Shown piece after piece: positions 13,528 to 25,989 of a stretch of 64,000 bases of DNA; position 1 is the first letter of the stretch, and each line of letters starts with the position of its first letter. The DNA comes from Narcine bancroftii. Its lineage: Eukaryota. The notes beneath the pieces were generated by a model. That model was given only the letters and a program-made list of their open reading frames with translations, had not been told where the DNA came from and made no database searches. The translations under genes and the position numbers were made by a program. The stretch is from positions 305,350,001-305,414,000 of the forward strand of contig NC_091469.1 of assembly GCF_036971445.1 (NCBI RefSeq). Reading direction: 5' to 3'.

Positions 13528-14887
13528 AATAGCAGAAAATATTTAATTTCTGATCATGTGCTGTCAGAGCTTCATGTCATCCAACATGTGATGAGTGGCT
13601 GGCACCAGTTAAAGAAGATACATGAAGTGATGTCTGCACATCAATCCAAATATTCAGAAAGATGGGAGCAAATCAAGGGCATTTCAGGCATGGCTTGGAC
13701 CCCCCCCCCCCCCCTTATTAACAAGATGAAGAAAAATAGAGGGACTTGAGCCACTGTAACTATGTCAGCCCACAGGTCCAAGCCAAAAATTTTTTTTTAA
13801 TTAACCCACAGAAGGTTGCTCTTAAGAGCAATCGCAGGAATGAAATCCTAAGAGCATTGTTACAGTGAATAATGTTCAGGTCAAGTCAAATTTATTTTCA
13901 TCTGATTGTACAAGCAGTTCATCAATGCAAATAAATAGAGTTTTGTACAAATGAGTATCTCGGATGGTGAGTGTGAGCAGTTCCTTTGATTGTTCAGCAT
14001 TCTCACTGCCCATGGGATAAAGCTGTTCCTCAGCCTGGTGGTGCTGAATCTCTTCCCTGACTGGAGCAGCTGAAAGAAGGGTCCTCAATGATTTTGCGTG
14101 CCCTCTTCAGACAATGATTCCAGGAGATCACATCGATGAGGGGGAGGGATCACATAGATACTGTGAAGATCATATCCCAATTCATAACAAGTGCCCCATA
14201 CCACTCATGAACACAGCTGTAATGGAATTAGGTACCATATTTTCTGCAAGCAACATGCCAAAGAATTTCTTTGACAGCGCTTCCCATAAGACAACCAGGA
14301 ACTCAAGGACAGTAGACATGAGAATGCCATTTTTTTTTGTAATTCATTTTCAGCTACTGACAAGGCCAGCATTTATTACCCATTCCTATCTTCCTGTGAA
14401 AAGATGGTGTTGAGCTGCCTTCTTAAACCACTGTTAGTCCATCTAAAGAGTACTGTGGGTTAAGGAATTCCAGGATCTAGACAAACTATGATGAAGGACC
14501 AGAGGTACACTTACAAGTCAGGATTAAATGCGACCAAGAGAGCACCAACCTACAGGTGGTGTCGTGCCCGTGCACCTATTGTCCTTAACTGTCTTGGTGG
14601 TAGAGATTGTAGGATTGAAAGATATTGTCGGAATAGTTTGTATGATAACTGCAGTGCATTTTATAACCCAAATCTGGATGGCTTTGTCCTGAATGGAGTA
14701 AAGGATCTTAAGAGTAGTTGGCAGAGCACTCATCCAGGCAATTTTCAAAATTCCATCATGCTTCTAACATCCCTTGTAGATGGAGGAAAAGCCTCCAAAT
14801 CACATTCCAAATCACTCAGCTCCTTGACTTGGGAATATATGATTCCTTCAAAGCAATTGGCCAAATTCATGTATTTATTACTTAGAC

Positions 14888-15254
14888 CAGTGATTCTCAG
14901 CCTTTTTCTTTCCACTCACATACCATCCCTATGCCATCAGGGCTCTGTGATGAGTAAGGGATTGCTTAAGGTGGCCTGTGGGTGGGAAGGGAAGGTTGAG
15001 AATCACTGCTCTAGACCCAAATGTTACTGAAATATTTTGCTTCAGAAAAATTGCCATTGGCCTGTTTCCTTTGGAGTTATGAAACCGTGCATATAACAAG
15101 TCAATGAGGTACGATTAAAACAGTTGGTTTTCCAACTTTTTCTTTCCACCCACAGACCACCTTAAGCCATCCCCTTACTCATCACAGAGCACCTATGGCA
15201 TAGGGATGACTTAAAGTGGTCTGTGAGTGGAAAGAAAAAGGTTGCGAACCACTA
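14888..15254. mobile_element. Composite hAT MITE, copy 2
   Basis: Same structure; perfect 8-bp TSD ACTTAGAC (14880-14887, 15255-15262). Confidence 0.9.
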
Positions 15255-15899
15255 ACTTAGACTGTTATAGGACCCTAGCATGCCATAGACAACCATAGTT
15301 CAAGAGAAAAGGCCACCGCTAGACAAAGACATTAAATTTCTGCCATGACGCCACTTACCATTCTGGAAAAGTTATTTCACTCAATTAATTACTCTTGTAC
15401 CAACAGGAAAAAACTGCAATTATCAAAGGTCTAAATAGCAAAAAATTCTCAACACAAAAATGCATAAATCCAGTGTAATTGATAAGCATTTTGATTCCTG
15501 TTTTGAAAAAGTATAAAATCAGTACATGAAACAAGGCTTACATCATAAATGCCCCACCTATAACATTGCCAAATTCCTGAGACAGTAAGCATATTCACTA
15601 TTCAGGTCTGCTGTTTTGCTACTTATCTGCCCAGCTGTAGTTTAATGAGCTGTACCAGTGCAGAACAGTCCATTCTGAAACAACTGTGGCACAGCAGGGA
15701 CTGTCCCAAGCTAGCAGTCATCATTATTCTTATTGTGGATAATTTGCAATTAAATACCAAAGATCACACAAAATACATTCTGCCATTGAAAAATACATTT
15801 TATTTTGAAATAATTGCAAATAGAGGGTCTCAAAGGCAAGCATTTTAAAGGGAAGAATTTACAAGCAAATACACGAAAACAGTTTGTGATCGATTATTG

Positions 15900-16128
15900 G
15901 GACAGCAGGGTTGGTGTAGCGGTTAGCGCCACGCCTTTACAGTGCCAGTGATCGGGACTGGGAATCGAATCCCATGCCATCTGTAAAGAGTTGGTATGGT
16001 CTCCCTTTGTCTGTGTGGGTTTTCCCTAGGGGTTCTGGTTTCATCCCACCGTTCGAAACGTACTGGATGTAAATTGGGCAGCACGGACTCATGAGCTGAA
16101 ATGGCCTGTTACCGTGCTGTATGTTCAA
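15900..16128 (+). mobile_element. tRNA-derived SINE (representative; others at about 5580-5765+, 9406-9630+, 27247-27480+, 63205-63432+, 4880-5117-, 27993-28187-, 56680-56900-)
   Basis: A-box TGGTGTAGCGGTTAG, B-box-like GAATCGAATCCC, shared core (aaggagtttgtac...ggtttcctccca) and CR1-like tail ggcctgttaccgtgctgta. Confidence 0.8.
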
Positions 16129-16164
16129 ATTAAAAATTAATACAGTATATTTGTACTCATGGAA

Positions 16165-17025
16165 TTAGAACCATTGACCATTACAGCACAGGTTCAGGCC
16201 TTCTCGCCTGTGCCAAACTATTATTCTGCCTAATCCCACTGATCTCCAAGCAGTCCATAGCCCTCTATACCCTTACCTGTCCACATTCTCCTTAAATGAT
16301 CAAATTAAGACCACAGTTGGCAGCTCATTCCACACTTCCACCACCCTCTGTGTGAAGAAGTTCCCCCTAATGTTTCCCCGGAACTTTTTCCCTTTTCACT
16401 CTTATCCCATGTCCCCTGGTTTGTATCTCACCTACCCTCAGTGAAAAAGCCGACCTACATTTACTCTGTTTCAGCCCCTCATAATTGCAAATACCTCTAT
16501 CAAATTTCTCTTCATTCTTCTATGCTCCAAAGAATAAAGTCCTAACCAGGCAACATCCTAGTAAATCTTCTCCGCACTCTTTCAATCTTATCGATATCAA
16601 GTTAGGTGACCAAAACTGCACACAATACTCCAAATTTGGCTTCACCAATATATTATACAACTTAACCATAACATCCAAACTCCAATACTGGATATTTTGA
16701 TTTATGAAGGCCAATATGCCAAAAGCTCTCCTTACAACCCTATCCACTTGTGACACCACTTGCATCTGTATTCCTCCGATCCCTCAGTTCTACCGCACTC
16801 CTCAGTGCTCTAATATTTACCTTTCTTGGTATGTCCTTCCAAAATGTAACACCTCACACATGTCTGCATTAAATTCCATCTGCCATTTTTCAGCCCATTT
16901 TTCCAATTGGTGCAGATCGTTCTGCAAGCTTTGAAAATGTTCTTCAGTGTCCAATCTTAGGGTCATCTGCGGATCTGCAGATCCAATTAGCACACTATCA
17001 TCCAGATCATTGATACAGATGACAA
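16165..17025 (-). mobile_element. CR1-type LINE fragment
   Basis: LQNDLHQLEKWAEKWQMEFNADMCEVLHFG; LVKPNLEYCVQFWSP. Confidence 0.85.
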
Positions 17026-18460
17026 ACATGGCGGCACTGCTGGACCCACAATAGCACTGTAGCAGTACTGGTGCGGACCCACAGGGAGTGAGGGAGCGGA
17101 GATGCAGAATCCAGCCGCCCAGTCGACTGCTGTTGGCTCCACGTGGGCCTTGAATGGCCCATCAAGGGAGCCAACTGTGGTTTTAGCTGAAATCCTGCAT
17201 CGGGAGGTGTGCACCCAAGATGGTGGAGCTTATTAATCAGCAGCCACGAGGAGCTGAAGATTCTTTGTCATTTTCTATGTCCTCAATGTCAGAACAATTC
17301 ACTACCTTAAAGGCAAACACAATGTGAATTATCACCAGACATCTTTAATAGCAAACTATAAATGTTAATTTAATTTGTAATCAATTATTTACAGTTCTTC
17401 TAGATGAACAGAATAATAAATTAAGCCTTTAGAACATACAGTTTGAAAAACAGAGGAAGTCTGATTAGAAAACATCATTATATCCTATGATAAGATAATC
17501 AAACCCCACTCTACAATTTTCCAAGAAAGATACATGCACAAGAAGAATCCGACAGGGAATGCGGAGCAAGCAATAATGAAATAAAATATTTCCAAATAAT
17601 TTTGCAAATACCAAGCGCTATTTAAATGATATCAAAATAACTATATGAACAACTTTAAAAATATTCCCTGAAAGTTTCATTTCTTATTTTCCTCAGAGAT
17701 AATGGCAGAATGTGACTAGGAAACCATGAAATATTTGGAAGATGTTGAAATTCAGCCAGTTTAATTAGAGTATTTTTCATTCCTGGCAGCTGGAGAGGGT
17801 TTAAAAGTGACCAATAGATTGGCAATACCGAGCAATGATTGTTAGAAAGGGGGGGGGGGGGGGGGAGAATAAAGCAGAAATATGAGGAACGGAGGAGAAT
17901 ATTGCAAAAGGCGATGAAATTACAAGAGAGACCAGAAGATTGCAGAGAATGAAGAATTACGATAGATTTGCCATATAAAGCAGTATCACCCACATGTCCT
18001 GGCCAATAAACTAGATGAGAAAAGCACTCAAACAGCTGGATCTGGCAACTACAATCACACTTCAGCTGCTGGCATTTAAAGATCCTGGGAAATAGAGTTC
18101 TTGCCCATCAAGTTCAAATGGATCCCAAAATTGAAAGAAAAAAACAATTTAAATATTATAACCTCTTTTTCACCTCTCCAGTGGAATGTTTCATGATCAC
18201 ACTGGAAATAGTACTAGTTGTTTGGTCCTACATTTTGAAACATCTGTTAATCTGTCATAGGTTGGACTGGTTCACATCCCTGAACCAGTTAAACTCAATC
18301 AGTTAGACATTTTAACAAAATGGAAATGAGGGAGTGAATCGACAAAACAAACATAAAATTATAAATGCTTCATTCCTTTGCACACAGTAATGTAGGAAAG
18401 TAAAAGTGTAGAAAAAAATTACAGCAAATCATTTATTCTTTCTGTTACAAGCTTCTCAAG

Positions 18461-19055
18461 GATGGCTTGACTTCGCGAACAAAGATTTAGGAAGGAGGCT
18501 GTCCAGGTCTGCTGCAAGCTCACTCGTGCCTGACGAGGCCAATGTGGGACAGACATGCCTGGCCGCAGCGGCTGCAAGGAAAATTCTTCCTCTGTCTCCT
18601 TTTGTCCTCAGGCCAGCCCTGCATATGTTCTCGAAGGAGGAGGCAAGCTGATGAATAGTGTGTCTCCAGGCCATGCGATCGGAAGCTAGAGCAGACCACT
18701 GACAATGTGACAGGCACCAAGGGATTTCTTCAGAGAGTCCTTGTACCTCTTTTTTGGACCCCCTCTGTCATGGTAGCCAGTGGAGTTTGCCATACAGTAC
18801 AATCTTGGGCAGGCAATTATCTTCCATCCTAGCTGCATCTTCATCAGCATGGTCTCAATTATGGTAATCTCCTCCTGTTTGAGGACTTCAATGTTAGTGA
18901 CGGTCACTCCAGTGGATGTTGAGGATGGAACAGAGGCAGCGTTGTTCGAAATGCTCAAGGAGTTGTCGGTGGTGACGGTAGGTGACCCACGATTCAGAGC
19001 TGTACCTTAGGGTGGTCAGTATAATGGTTCTGTTCACACTGATCTTTGTGCCTTT
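18461..19055 (-). mobile_element. Older, distinct RTE subfamily 3' fragment
   Basis: Frameshifted SESWVTYRHH...LLEHF.QRCL.SILNIHW, PKKRYKDSLKKSLGACHI, AWRHTIHQ.ASSFEN, CSRCGQACLSHIGLV; tail ctttg-ttcg-cgaag. Confidence 0.85.
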
Positions 19056-19378
19056 CTTAGGATGCCTAATAAACAGATCCCATCCCAACAATGGAAACCC
19101 ATCACAGGTAGGTCCCCTTTAATCTATCTTCAGCCCTAACATCTCTCCTCAGGCCTCAAAGTCTTTACATCTACCACTATCTTTGGCTATCCTCTCCCCA
19201 TGCTATCTTACCAGTCCTTCTCATCCCCTCAGGCTCCAATTGCCAACTTTCTCCCACAACAGGCTTAAGCCTTCAAGCAACTCTACACAAGGCTCTCGGT
19301 GACTCCAACCTCTGGTACCACTTACCGTTACTGTCACAAGCCCCAAACTTCAGCTAACCAAGCCCTGATTTGATCAGG

Positions 19379-19381
<3 letters not shown>

Positions 19382-19416
<35 letters not shown>
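19382..19416. repeat. (CT)n microsatellite
   Basis: Direct observation. Confidence 0.95.
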
Positions 19417-19419
<3 letters not shown>

Positions 19420-19502
19420 AATCCCAGAATTAGAATTTGGTTCGAGACTCACCAATTTCAACCTGTGCCCTCCATAAGCAAAAATAAATGTGCAACAGAT
19501 AA

Positions 19503-20072
19503 CATTGGACAACAGTTTTCTTTCCTGAAAAATAAATTGGAGATTATAATAGGCAACTTCAACATGAATACAAAGATAATTTCAGATTTGCTTTATCATG
19601 TAGGAAGTTGGAGAAACATTAAATTAACTTTTATTGAAATTAGTATGCTTAATCTCATAATGATGCTGAAACATTGTTAGTTCAACTGACCTAAAAAGGT
19701 TTTGTCACTGATTTTCATTTGTACTCAGCATCTGATGCCTCTTGTGTGAGTGTCCAACAATAACTGACCAGCATTGATGGATTCCAGTTGCCCTGATGGA
19801 TGCAATGTCCTGGTGAAACCTTTCACCATGTTCGTCTCTGACTGCACCATGATCAGCAGGGAAGAAGTCCAAGTGTGAATACAGAAAATGAATTTTCATG
19901 ATTTTGATTGCTTGAAGTAGATTTAAAATACGATCGGAAATCACAAAAAATGTTATATCTAAAAGTTGGTATGTGAAAGGAAATGTTTAAGGTGATTTTC
20001 ATGATCAGTGGCCTAAAATCCATAAAATTACACCCAAAAGTGTTCAGGAAGCAAAATCTTCATTGTCCAGTA
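19503..20072 (-). mobile_element. Non-autonomous Chapaev3-type (CMC superfamily) DNA transposon
   Basis: Imperfect TIRs CATTGGACAAC...TTCCTGAA / TACTGGACAAT...TTCCTGAA and 3-bp TSD TAA (19500-19502, 20073-20075). Transposase C-terminus KIHFLYSHLDFFPADHGAVRDEHGERFHQDI, then a frameshift, then QGNWNPSMLVSYCWTL. Confidence 0.8.
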
Positions 20073-20089
20073 TAATTAATAGCACTTTA

Positions 20090-20411
20090 TACAAGGACTG
20101 CCTAAAGAAAGCTCTTGGTGCCTGCCACATTGACCATCGCCAGTGGGCTGATATCGCCTCAAACCGTGCATCTTGGCACCTCACAGTTCGGCGGGCAGCA
20201 ATCTCCTTTGAAGAAGACCGCAGAGCCCACCTCACTGTCAAAAGACAAAGGAGGAAAAACCCAACACCCAACCCCAACCAACCAATTTTCCCTTGCAACC
20301 GCTGCAACCGTGTCTGCCTGTCCCGCATCGGACTTGTCAGCCACAAACGAGCCTGCAGCTGACGTGGACATTACCCCTCCATAAATCTTCGTCCGCGAAC
20401 CCAAGCCAAAG
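20090..20411 (+). mobile_element. RTE-clade LINE 3' fragment
   Basis: YKDCLKKALGACHIDHRQW...SHKRACS plus 3' tail. Confidence 0.93.
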
Positions 20412-21279
20412 ATAACATAGTGGAATTTTTTAGGCATTTTAATTCATTGCCTTAAATTGAACCATAGTCTAAGAACAAACTAAGTTATTTTTTTTAAAAA
20501 CATTCCAATCACAATGAGTTCTGTGGTACCATTCACATTATTTCCAAATATTTCTTCTAGTTTATTAATTAATCACAGGACCCATGTGTAAATAGCATAT
20601 TTCCCAATAAAATCAGTTTCAAGCCAATTTCATTCACTTTATTCTTGTAGCTAAAATGTTATTGCACATTGATGGACATAATAGCATCACTGTAGCATTA
20701 ATTTCCAAACCTCTAAATCACATTCTGCTGTTCTGAATCTACCAATGCAAGGGTCATGAAGAAAAAGTAGTTTCAGATAGAAACTGCTAGCACTAACAAT
20801 TGATAGAAACTAGAAACAATTCTCATAGATAACCACACCACCAATTCTTTTAGCTCTGTAATTATTTTCAATTTCGATTTGGTCAAAAGAGGTCACAAAC
20901 TGTTTGTAATGAATGAGTTACCTGGTACCTTTTTAACTTACCAAAGTTACTTCCTTTGACCACACACTGCTTTGGATCTGACTGTAGGGGGCATAACTGT
21001 ACTAGCAAAGCTGTAGGTGACTTTGCATCACAACCCCTGATCACAGCATCTGCAGACTTTCGTGCTTTACCCCCTGGACAAGCAGCCATGGTAGTCAGTT
21101 GTCCTGGAGTAATGAATGAGTAAAGGGAGAAATGGAAACAGCTCATTTGGCATGTAGATTAATGTTGTGGCACCGAGTATCCTTTGAAATGTATTTGATT
21201 GTTTCTGGATGAAAATATTAATCACATTATGAAAAGAAACAATCATAAGATGGGCAAAACACATTACTTCAAATTGTAT

Positions 21280-21932
21280 CTCTAGCTTACTTAATGATGA
21301 GTCTGCTTACAGAGAGGAGGTTGGGAGGATCATCAGATAGTGTGAGACAAACAACCCAAGTGACCACATGGACAAGATAAAGGAGATGATTGTGGACATC
21401 AGGAGGATGAAGGTTGACCATTCTCCACTATACATCAATGGTTGTCAGCTTTGTCATGGTATGGTAGCTGCAAAGCATCAGACTGGAAGTCAATACGTCA
21501 AAACAGTCAAGAAGATCACTGCCATCCCATATTCTCTATTGGCATTTACCCAGAGCATTGCTTCAAAAGGGCTCAAAGAATTGTTGAACATCCCTACCAT
21601 CCATCACACAGGATCTTTGACCTACTACCATCAGAAAGGAAGTATAGGAATATCAAAATCAGGACTGCCAGGCTGGAAAATAGCTTCTTCCCGCAAGCTG
21701 TGCTATTGATAAATTGTATGCCCTAACCTTGGGTCTCTTGTAAATAAAACAGAACAAATTATTCAGAATATTTATACATATTTAATTTATATTATATTTT
21801 TATGTATGTATGTGATTATTATGTGCTGTGTGAGAAATGTATGATATGTGTATGTGTGTACATCTTGGTCTGAAAAAATGCTGTTTTGTTTGGTTGTAAA
21901 TGTACAGTCAGATGATAATAAACCTGAACTTA
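21280..21932 (+). mobile_element. Rex1/Babar-type LINE fragment
   Basis: KIKEMIVDIRR; HPSHRIFDLLPSERKYRNIKIRTARLENSFFPQAV; GAACTT-type tail. Confidence 0.8.
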
Positions 21933-23184
21933 AATGCAATTTAGGATATCTAGTAAATTCAACAAAATGCAAATAAAAATGGCAGGAAATAATATATTTT
22001 GTTCCAAACAGCAAATAATAAGTGCATTCTGTTCACTCTACCATTAACAAAATGACAAATGTTAGCAAAAACAGGAAACATTTGTTACAAGTAACATATG
22101 GTTGTATGTGACATATCACACAAGGAAATCCAGAACACAGGACTAATGTGCTCTCAGTTACTTAACAGAACTGCAATCATTAAATTTCGATTTTTTTAAA
22201 AATCACATTTTGGGTGTATAGAGTGCTTCACTTCTTTGAAGAATCCACATGGTACCCTTAACATCCAGGCATTATTTAAGGAAAGCAAAACATTCACAGC
22301 ATAAAATCACAGAAAAATTATTTTGAGAAAGAAGGAAACTTATTGCAGGTTACATTTTTTTCAAAAACACAAATTCTTTTAAAATGCAGTGAAGGTTTAT
22401 AACTCTACCCTTTTTCAGGCAACAACAATAAGAGCATAGTTCTTTTAATCCCAATCTAATGAACTTTTAGCAAAGCTATTGATACACATTTATTTGAAAT
22501 GTAATATTTCAGATATTAAGGCACGGATGAATTTTATCGCATTACAATTGGTCTACAATGGTCACAGCAAGGAGTAAAAAGATGGAAGCTGTTATTTTTA
22601 CATAAATGGGGAGATTTAATTGATGTGCATAAAATCACAAGTTTTAATAGGATAAATGCAAAGGACTCATTTCCTTTAGTTGCAATGTCAGTGGCAAGAG
22701 AATATAAATTTGTTAAGTAGCAAAATTGGTCAGGAATTAAGAAAATTTTATTTTACTGGAATTCATTGCCTGAAATGGCAAGAGAGGCTAAGGTGCTCAA
22801 AAAAATGTGCAGACTTGAATCTCACATTATGCGGACTTACTGAATACGTTTCATACCTTGGGAATCAGCTAGTTACAGCTGATACCAAGCCTCCAGCTCT
22901 TAAAGAGGAACTACTAATTGAATCAAAACATTTCTGTGCAACACAGCACACCTCAAATGTAGCTCCAGGGTACAGCTACTGGCAAATGGATGGGAATGCC
23001 TGCCAAATCCATAGATGCTCACCTTTTGGAATTTCAACAGGACACAAACACCACAGACCAAGATCAAACCACATTGAGATGTACTAGGACTGATTAAAAA
23101 AAAAACAGAGATGAGATAGACCAGACCTAGCCCCATTGTTGAAATGTTAATTTATCACTCTCATCTCGTCAAGGTTAGTGAAGA

Positions 23185-23250
23185 CAGCCACAAACCCTAA
23201 CTGTGATAATGTGCCTTCAGCAGGTGTTCATGCATCCATCTGACAGCTGA
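23185..23250. promoter_or_regulatory. Candidate E-protein enhancer (three E-boxes in 29 bp)
   Basis: CAGGTG 23221, CATCTG 23237, CAGCTG 23244, with TGATAA and GCCACA just upstream; motif evidence only. Confidence 0.35.
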
Positions 23251-23659
23251 CACCAACTTTAATAGTAGAGCAGTTCAACTCTAAGATAGGTAACAATATA
23301 TGTTAAATAGCATGATTAAACTATTAAGCCCTCATGTCTGTTCTACCATTCAATAAGACAGTGCCTTTTCATACAATAATCCCTTATTCTGGATTTCAAA
23401 AATATTTCTCCAGATCTGGACACAATATGATGTGGTCTTTCCAGGTCCTTGTCTAAATAGAGAAACATTTCTTATGTTTCAATCTTCCTGCAATGAAGAC
23501 CCTCATCTTGTTTGCCTTCCTAATTGCTTCTAACTTTCAATTTACAAGGGCAAACAAATCCCTCTAAAAACTGACACCTTCTCATTTTTCAGCACTTAAA
23601 ATGTACTCAGTGTATTTTTTTTCTCCCAAAGTGGATGATGTAAAGAGTACCACACCAAA

Positions 23660-23870
23660 TACACTAAATGAAGCAGATTAGGTTGGACAATGCTCTGCCT
23701 CACCTGGAAGGTCTGTTTTTGGCCCAGGATGGAGACAAGGGAGGAGATGTAAGGATAAGTTTTGCACTTTTCGATCACAGAGGTGAAAGATGGATGGGTA
23801 AGGAAGAGCAGACCAGGGAGTTTTATAAACTGTCAGAAATAGCAGGAGACCTGTGAATTGGGAATGTTAT
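23660..23870 (-). mobile_element. Penelope-like fragment
   Basis: CKTYPYISSLVSILGQKQTFQVRQ matches the Cys-rich linker before the Penelope GIY-YIG domain. Confidence 0.65.
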
Positions 23871-23929
23871 GGAGCGCAGTAAACCCAATAAATTGATCTT
23901 AAAGAAGACAAGATAAAATATGTAAGTAA

Positions 23930-24560
23930 AAACAGAATGCAAGATCTCCTAAAAGAATGTAAAAAAAACAAAAAGCCAATAAGGTTAAATGTGGCTCCTT
24001 TGATGAGGAGAGATTTCATAACAGGGAATAAGGAAGTGGCAAAGAAGTCAAATAATTACTGAATGTTTATCTTTATAGAAGGTATAAGAATCATGCCAAA
24101 ATTACTGCAGTTTTGTAGGGCCTAGGCGAATCTGCTCCAGGAGTTTTGGATTCCAGTGAAGTGATACACGGAGGGAGTACAGTGAAGATTCATTCAACTG
24201 CATCCAGGGATAACAGGCTTGCCATGAGAGGAAAGATCAAGTCGGCTAGGCCCATGTTCTCTTGAGTTTCAAAGAAATAGAGGAGATTTAATTGAAACAT
24301 AAATTTCCTACAGAGCAAAAAAGATATGGGGAAAGGATTTTCCCATGCCTCGAGAGCCTAGAACCAGGGATACATACTCAGAATAAAGCAGGCTGTCTCG
24401 ATCTGAGATGAGTAGAAATGTCTTCATTAAGTGGTAAATCTTTGGAATTCTCTACCCCCAAGAAAATGTGGAAGCTAAATATTTGAGTTCATTCAAAACT
24501 AAGACCAATAGATATGTGAATATCCATTGGAAAACAGAATTAAGGTAGCCTCATCTTTCT
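23930..24560 (+). mobile_element. Old CR1-type LINE fragments
   Basis: Decayed gagggagtacagtgaagattcatt...gaggagatttaattgaaacat...tggaattctctacccc. Confidence 0.65.
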
Positions 24561-24774
24561 CTTATTTCCTATGTTATTTTGGTGATCCCTTTGTTGAAGA
24601 ACTGCCTCTGTGTAATCTGTGTTATGTCCTCAGTTGTACAATCGGAGGTCTTAAAAAACTTTAAGAAAGGCTTGTAGGTTTAGAAGCACAAATCTTTACT
24701 CACATCAGGTACTGGTCATGTATTGGTACACTCACACTGAGCATGCTCACCATCAAGTGTGATGCGGCTCTTAC

Positions 24775-24835
24775 AGTCTTGCAGTGTTCATGCTCCAGCA
24801 TAAAATAGTCCCAAGTTTCCTCTGTATATAACAAT
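24775..24835 (-). pseudogene. IFTAP: Probable decayed small IFTAP exon (IVMDEG...GDLNRAG type)
   Basis: Acceptor tttttatcAG and donor GTAAGA. Reads IVIYRGNLGLFYAG, then after a 1-nt shift MNTAR, resembling a recalled rodent NWC segment IVMDEGQKVGSSFQGDLNRAG. Similarity is weak and from memory. Confidence 0.45.
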
Positions 24836-24876
24836 CTGATAAAAATCAAAACACATGTAACTCGATATGTTAAACT

Positions 24877-25035
24877 CTGCATTTCAGGGTCCAAACGCAT
24901 TTTCATCATCCTTAAATAACTGTCCTCCCTTTTCAAGATAGTATGTCACTACTTCCCTCATATCCAGGCATTTTCTAGCATCTTCTGCTATCTTCATAAA
25001 GGCAGGAGGTGACAGGTTTTGTTTCTTCAGGTCTT
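24877..25035 (-). pseudogene. IFTAP: IFTAP/NWC next exon, frameshifted and lacking a donor
   Basis: Strong acceptor ttttttatttccAG. The phase-1 join gives EDLKKQNLSPPAF..., open until TGA at 24886-24884. The +1 frame ends ...LDPEMQ, like the EEQ end of the orthologous exon, but no GT follows. Length 159 nt is one more than a phase-1-to-phase-0 length. Confidence 0.6.
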
Positions 25036-25126
25036 CTGGAAATAAAAAAAACACCATCATTACATTGAAACTTTAAACTATTTTTGTTCACAAGTCAAAA
25101 GGTTTGGCATTAGTTTCATCAAGAAG

Positions 25127-25128
<2 letters not shown>

Positions 25129-25159
<31 letters not shown>
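25129..25159. repeat. (AT)n microsatellite
   Basis: Direct observation. Confidence 0.95.
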
Positions 25160-25164
<5 letters not shown>

Positions 25165-25750
25165 TTCCCAACAGTATCAGATAGATGTTTTCGCTGTAAG
25201 AAGGAAATGGGAAAACAGTACATGCAATTTGGGCATGTGAGAAAGTGGAAAATTTTTGAAAAGATCTAAATCAGGTATTAAATAAAATTACAAAAAGCAA
25301 CATACCAAAAAATCCAGAGATATTTCTTCGAAGTAATATAAGAAGTAAAGAATTAGGTCTCAAACTGGATGAAGCGCAAAAAAAGATTTATTATGATAGC
25401 CTTAGCTGTAGCAAAAAAATGTATTAATGTCAACCTGGAAATCAGAAGAGAGCCTAAGAGTACAGCAATGGTACATTGAGAAGAATAAATGTATTCCATT
25501 GGAAAAAATAACATATAATTAAAAAAATAAAGTCACATTATTTGAACAAATTTGGGAACCGTACATGGAACACAACAGAGAGGGCTTGCCTCGGACCTCC
25601 ACCCCCTAAAATGAAAGAATGAGAAGAAGACGAAATGAACTGACCCAGTGTGTAAAAGTAGATGACACAATTTTCTTGCTTATTTTCATTGTGTGATGAC
25701 ATTGTTTAATGGGTTTATTGTATTGTATATGTTGTATGTTTAATGGGTTA
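25160..25750 (+). mobile_element. L1/Tx1-type LINE 3' end
   Basis: Decayed ORF2 C-terminus PEIFL...FIMIALAVAKKC...WK...PLEK...FEQIWEPYM plus 3'UTR. Confidence 0.7.
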
Positions 25751-25989
25751 TATATTTTATTGAGTAATCTGTGTGAAGGAAGATCATAGCGGCATCTGAA
25801 CCTGCACTCAAAAACATGAAATTCTATATGTGTTAGGACTTTTGCATAGATTCCTCAATGCAATATTGGTACAAACAATCTTTTGTTGCACAATTGACTT
25901 AAAAAAATCCCCTCTCATTTTACTTGCTGCCACTTAGAACATCAAGCACATGTACAGCCAAACAATACATTTGTAGGGCAAGTCTTTAG

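Noticed and set aside
14488-15030. 180-aa ORF
   Set aside because: Runs through old LINE debris into a MITE; no coherent homology.
15900-15975. tRNA-like sequences here and in related copies
   Set aside because: They are SINE heads with A/B boxes, continue into SINE core and tail, and do not form a full cloverleaf.
23670-23715. Minus-strand LPGEAEHCPT*SASF, resembling the IFTAP LPGEVE exon
   Set aside because: It is an alternative frame of a Penelope fragment (KQTFQVRQ), so the match is coincidental.
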